Shown here: piece after piece, positions 62,090-64,000 of the stretch
How the letters are laid out: each line of letters starts with the position of its first letter
Position numbering within the stretch: the first letter of the stretch is position 1
Assembly: GCF_018350175.1 (NCBI RefSeq)
Contig: NC_058383.1
Span: 23,004,001 to 23,068,000 of the forward strand
Length of the DNA stretch: 64,000 nt
Direction of reading: 5' to 3'
Source: Felis catus
Lineage: Eukaryota
The notes under the pieces: model-generated
The model's input: only the letters and a program-made list of their open reading frames with translations
Told to the model about the DNA's origin: nothing
The model's database searches: none
Position numbers and translations under genes: made by a program

Positions 62090-63640
62090 ATATATATAGT
62101 TGCATAAATACAAAAACTCACATTATCTTTATTATGATTTTTCAGCAAATATTGTGGTGTTTGCACTTTAAGATTCCAAAAAAAGTATACAATGTGGTTG
62201 TGTTTGAAAGCAGTTTATGTTTGGTTTTAGAGACAAGAGTTAAGAGATTAGATACTGATCCAGAATACTGCGAAGCGTAACAAATATTAGATGGGTAATT
62301 AATATTGACTACTCTTGCTGAAAGAGTTTCTCAGGAGATGGTGACAAGAAAGGCCACCTGAGGGGAGTGCTTTATAAAAGACAGGGATGGAACTTGAGGG
62401 GTACCTTGCAGGAAGGGCACAGTTTGGATTGGCATGGGGCACAGTCCAAGGGCCCAGGCGTGGGTTATGGGGGAGAAGAGGTGTAGGAGCAAGACTTTGT
62501 TCCCAGAGGGACTACTATCTGGTCTCTATTTGGGTTGGTGAGAAATGAGACAAAAAGTTGGAAAGGTCATAAAGAACATCTGAGAGTGATTGTAGACAGC
62601 CTACATAATGTGAGACTAATTTCTTCTAGTCTCCTTCTGTACTGGACATTTTAATTTAAGGATTTTTCAGTCCAGTTGTAACCTAGTTATTCTAAATATG
62701 AAGTCATAATTGTCTTGCTAGAAACTCTGATGAGGAACAGTGTTGAACATTTTCAGCAATCACATTATGATATCAAATTTCAGATAGGATATAATCATAA
62801 GTGAAATAACTTACTAAGAGCATAATATGTGACTTCCTTCTCCATCCTCAGGGCATTAAAATCTTGTGGACCAGGTGGCACTGCTCATGTGAAGTTAGTG
62901 GTAGAATGGGACAAGGAAACAAAAGATTTGTGAGTATTGTTTTATTTAGTGTTTATAGAATCATCGTTTTAATTACCATTTTTAATAGCATCCCTTTGAT
63001 CCCTCAGATTAGCTGAGACAAATCTCTCTTTTTAGCTAAGTATCCAAGTGGCTTGCTAAGCCTTTAATTAGTTATTTCTTTCCTACACATTTTGTTGTCT
63101 GGATCTCAAAAACCTCAGAACATTTGCTGCTGATGAGACTGAGCTATTTATTCATTACTGTTCAGGGCCAATGATTTTGATTTTGATTATAAGCCCATTA
63201 ACTCTAGTAAATTATGCCAAATGCATGCCTGTAGATACAAAGGACAAGAATATATATTAATGGTTCATGACCAATCCCATGAAAACCAACTCCCAAGTTA
63301 TTTTCAAGAAATAATTTTATAGATAACAGAGCTTTTCAAGACTATTTTGGAACATAGAAAAGTTGGATGACCAGTTGATAACCTGTTTGCTTTTGTTACA
63401 CATTGGTTCTTTTTGGTTATGAATTTATAGTCACATCGTGAAGCTGCAGTTTGGGGGTCAGTTTTGCAAGACATTCTCTGATAAATGCTTCCCTCCCCCG
63501 CCAATTGCAGCTTGTTTGTAAATACTGAAGATGAGTATATTCCTGATGCAGAAAGTGTCCGTCTGCAGAGGGAGCGTCATCATCAGCCCCAGACTTGCAC
63601 TTTATCCCAGTGTTTCCAGCTCTACACCAAAGAGGAGCGG
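19252..63640 (+). CDS. USP31: Ubiquitin carboxyl-terminal hydrolase 31, spliced CDS exons 1-11 (3'-incomplete, gene runs off window)
   Basis: Join 19252-19878,45971-46108,47340-47428,47520-47612,48176-48311,50566-50710,56839-57019,60337-60448,61064-61158,62852-62929,63511-63640 gives 608 uninterrupted codons, all introns GT..AG. USP Cys box [43 protein letters not shown] zinc-ribbon pair. N-terminus MSKVTAPG...[12 protein letters not shown] recognised as USP31. Confidence 0.96.
20190..20470 (+). mobile_element. MIR SINE split by MADE2
   Basis: gcctgggttcaaatcc...tgtgacctcaggcaagtt...ctctctgtgcc core. Confidence 0.75.
20335..20413. mobile_element. MADE2-like mariner MITE (~80 bp)
   Basis: TIRs gggttgaacc...ggttcaacct with internal gaccgtttttgacttaca. 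Confidence 0.8.
20738..21070. mobile_element. MER58-like hAT-Charlie element within an L2 fragment
   Basis: gggatcagcaaactctttctgtaaagggcca...tagtaaat...aaacaagcagtggactagatatggccc...gtttgctg. Confidence 0.75.
23166..23310. repeat. Pure pyrimidine tract: (CCT)n with internal decamer (CTCCTCCCTC)x8
   Basis: Direct reading. Confidence 0.95.
23965..24148 (+). mobile_element. MER20 (hAT-Charlie)
   Basis: cagggttctcaacc...ggggacatttggccttgtctggagaca...ttatccagcccaaaatg. Confidence 0.85.
25688..25922 (-). mobile_element. CAN-SINE
   Basis: Full body; TSD gtagtat(t)aaagttttta. Confidence 0.95.
26215..26368 (-). mobile_element. MER20 (partial)
   Basis: cattgtaggatgtttagcag...aaaaatgtctccagacattgccaaatgtcccctgggggg...gttgagaacccctg. 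Confidence 0.9.
28208..28648 (-). mobile_element. Short old CAN-SINE with (TTTC)n tail (28208-28414) plus adjacent full CAN-SINE (28435-28648)
   Basis: TSDs ttggtattct and tattctaatatt. Confidence 0.9.
28764..29398. mobile_element. Tigger2-family DNA transposon derivative, opposite orientation to the 2111-2933 copy; (CA)n inside
   Basis: cttgaacaataccagtttgaactgtgcaagtccacctata ... ttgttcaagggtcaactg followed by TA. Confidence 0.85.
30464..30934 (-). mobile_element. Nested CAN-SINEs: young copy (30509-30731) inside the tail of another
   Basis: Inner TSD aacgtttatttattttt (30492-30508, 30732-30748); outer TSD taattttggttttc (30450-30463, 30935-30948). Confidence 0.95.
31635..31853 (-). mobile_element. 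CAN-SINE
   Basis: gagaatcccaagcaggctc...gactgagccacccaggcgcccc. Confidence 0.92.
33365..33785 (-). mobile_element. L1MA/MB 3' fragment with a short + strand SINE (33631-33735) inside
   Basis: aataatgctgctgtgaacattcatgcacaa...gggtatatgcctaggagtgggattgctgggtcatat. Confidence 0.85.
33806..34060. repeat. Compound pentamer microsatellite (TTTCC)n(TCTCC)n(TTCTC)n grown from the tail of an old minus-strand SINE (34061-34149)
   Basis: Direct reading; ~250 nt of pure pyrimidine. Confidence 0.95.
34297..34540 (+). mobile_element. CAN-SINE
   Basis: gcacctaggtggctcagttggttaagc head, (CT)n, A tail. Confidence 0.92.
35755..35970 (+). mobile_element. CAN-SINE
   Basis: ggggcgcctgggtggcacagtcggttaagcg head, A tail. 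Confidence 0.93.
37060..37273 (-). mobile_element. CAN-SINE
   Basis: Full body; flanks tttcttag(g/a)tattt. Confidence 0.93.
41179..41279 (+). mobile_element. Short old CAN-SINE
   Basis: TSD aaggctcatattt on both sides. Confidence 0.88.
41692..41917 (-). mobile_element. CAN-SINE
   Basis: TSD ccactatttttcctt at 41677-41691 and 41918-41932. Confidence 0.95.
44123..44460 (-). mobile_element. Young CAN-SINE (44123-44348) inserted in the tail of a short old SINE (to ~44460)
   Basis: TSD aaaatagtttattttt. Confidence 0.93.
44480..45190 (+). mobile_element. L2 LINE fragment
   Basis: gctgttgatcactctctccttc...tctcatgatttcaactaccac-like...ggccccagat pattern. Confidence 0.55.
45971..46108 (+). CDS. 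USP31: USP31 coding exon 2
   Basis: tgtgtag|[52 protein letters not shown]|gtgagg; 138 nt. Confidence 0.96.
47340..47428 (+). CDS. USP31: USP31 coding exon 3
   Basis: tttttttag|[36 protein letters not shown]|gtatga; 89 nt. Confidence 0.95.
47520..47612 (+). CDS. USP31: USP31 coding exon 4
   Basis: tttttgaag|[35 protein letters not shown]|gtaaga; 93 nt; preceded by a 91-nt intron. Confidence 0.95.
48176..48311 (+). CDS. USP31: USP31 coding exon 5
   Basis: tgtacag|[49 protein letters not shown]|gtaata; 136 nt. Confidence 0.95.
50566..50710 (+). CDS. USP31: USP31 coding exon 6
   Basis: gtttttag|[54 protein letters not shown]|gtaaat; 145 nt. Confidence 0.95.
51310..51475. mobile_element. MER5A-like hAT element
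   Basis: agattcctagaccctaccccggacctactgaat...tctgggggtggggcccagcaa...gattctgatgcaca-like...gtttgagaacc. Confidence 0.8.
52210..53790 (-). mobile_element. L1MB-like 3' region with SINEs inserted at ~52470-52692 and ~53550-53722
   Basis: tttcaaggttcatccatgttgtagcat; tgttgatggacatttgggttgtttcca; catcttttcatgtgcttgttggccatttg; ttgcaaatattttctccca. Confidence 0.88.
55245..55985 (-). mobile_element. L1 3' end (L1MA/carnivore type) with a CAN-SINE at ~55750-55948
   Basis: gtttcaggggtacagcataatgattc...aagtgagatcatgcagtatttgtctttctctgact...ggtccatccatgttgctgcaaatggcaagat. Confidence 0.88.
56431..56575 (+). mobile_element. 5'-truncated CAN-SINE
   Basis: gagccccgc...ggagcctgcttgggattctgtctct...ctcaaaataaataaataa. 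Confidence 0.8.
56839..57019 (+). CDS. USP31: USP31 coding exon 7
   Basis: ttttccag|[22 protein letters not shown]...[22 protein letters not shown]|gtaaaa; 181 nt. Confidence 0.95.
57108..57539 (+). mobile_element. Two tandem CAN-SINEs (57108-57325, 57330-57539)
   Basis: Two gctcagttgg heads, (CT)n, A tails. Confidence 0.92.
57999..58245 (-). mobile_element. Short 5'-truncated carnivore L1 3'UTR insertion
   Basis: TSD gactatctttt at 57988-57998 and 58246-58256; canonical TTTT/AA endonuclease site; polyT. Confidence 0.88.
58470..58840 (-). mobile_element. L2 LINE fragment
   Basis: gtgtgtcgggcactgttc...tagagcagtgaac...gagggaaca...caaagaccctgag. Confidence 0.65.
59030..59227 (-). mobile_element. 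CAN-SINE
   Basis: Flanked by gga(a/g)cagctttc duplication. Confidence 0.92.
60337..60448 (+). CDS. USP31: USP31 coding exon 8
   Basis: tgttag|[41 protein letters not shown]|gtgggt; 112 nt. Confidence 0.95.
61064..61158 (+). CDS. USP31: USP31 coding exon 9
   Basis: gatgcag|[38 protein letters not shown]|gtaaaa; 95 nt. Confidence 0.95.
61482..61701 (-). mobile_element. CAN-SINE
   Basis: TSD tcctcctggaaat at 61469-61481 and 61702-61714. Confidence 0.95.
62044..62086. repeat. (TG)n(TA)n compound microsatellite
   Basis: Direct reading. Confidence 0.95.
62852..62929 (+). CDS. USP31: USP31 coding exon 10
   Basis: ccatcctcag|[30 protein letters not shown]|gtgagt; 78 nt. Confidence 0.94.
63511..63640 (+). 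CDS. USP31: USP31 coding exon 11
   Basis: aattgcag|[47 protein letters not shown]|gtaaga; 130 nt. Confidence 0.95.
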
Positions 63641-63932
63641 GTAAGAGCCTGGCAGCACTTCTGGGGTGGTGAGGGTGCTAGGGAGGGCGATGTGGCAGGA
63701 TGACACCGGAGAGCAAAGTATGCCCCAGAAAAGTCCCCAGGCGTTTTTCACTCACATAATGGGTGTCTTAGTGCTATTCCTTTTAGGACTTTACAAAAGT
63801 AGTTTAGATTACTAGAAAACCTTGATTGATTGAAATGCTCTAGAAGTGAACCTTTGTAGTTAATTTTTTTTCTTTTTTAACAGTAATATATGTATTATTT
63901 TTTTGTTTTGATTTAGAGATTTTAAACCTTGT

Positions 63933-64000
63933 TTTTAAATGTTTAATTTTGAGAGAGAGAGAGAGCGTGCACGTGCACACGTGCGCAAGTAGGGGAGGAG
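63933..64000 (-). mobile_element. CAN-SINE tail (element runs off window)
   Basis: tttttaaatgtttaatttttgagagagagagagag...ggggaggag. Confidence 0.75.

Noticed and set aside
1..64000. CRISPR arrays, operons or other prokaryote-type systems
   Set aside because: Sequence is mammalian; all repeated units are explained by SINEs, TSDs, microsatellites or local repair scars

Overview
Mammalian genomic DNA, almost certainly a felid: it carries young CAN-SINE/SINEC_Fc-type elements and a young carnivore-type L1. The first ~18.5 kb is repeat-rich intergenic sequence. A CpG-island promoter at ~18.6-20.0 kb precedes the deubiquitinase gene USP31 on the + strand. I reconstructed 11 consecutive coding exons by hand (19252..63640, all GT-AG, phases consistent, 1824 nt = 608 codons, no stops); the gene continues past the window end. 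The rest is SINE, L1, L2, MIR, LTR and DNA-transposon fossils plus microsatellites. I see no evidence of a wholly new biological system. The best leads are: (1) a two-uORF 5' leader in which the uORF1 stop overlaps the start of an ORF overlapping the CDS (TGATG); (2) a young L1 with an apparent ~156-bp 3' transduction inside its target-site duplication (TSD); (3) several templated-insertion or fold-back repair scars, one copying 39 bp from 475 bp away; (4) candidate poison-acceptor and intronic-polyA isoforms. Gene and repeat-family names are from recognition, not database searches; boundaries of old repeats are approximate.
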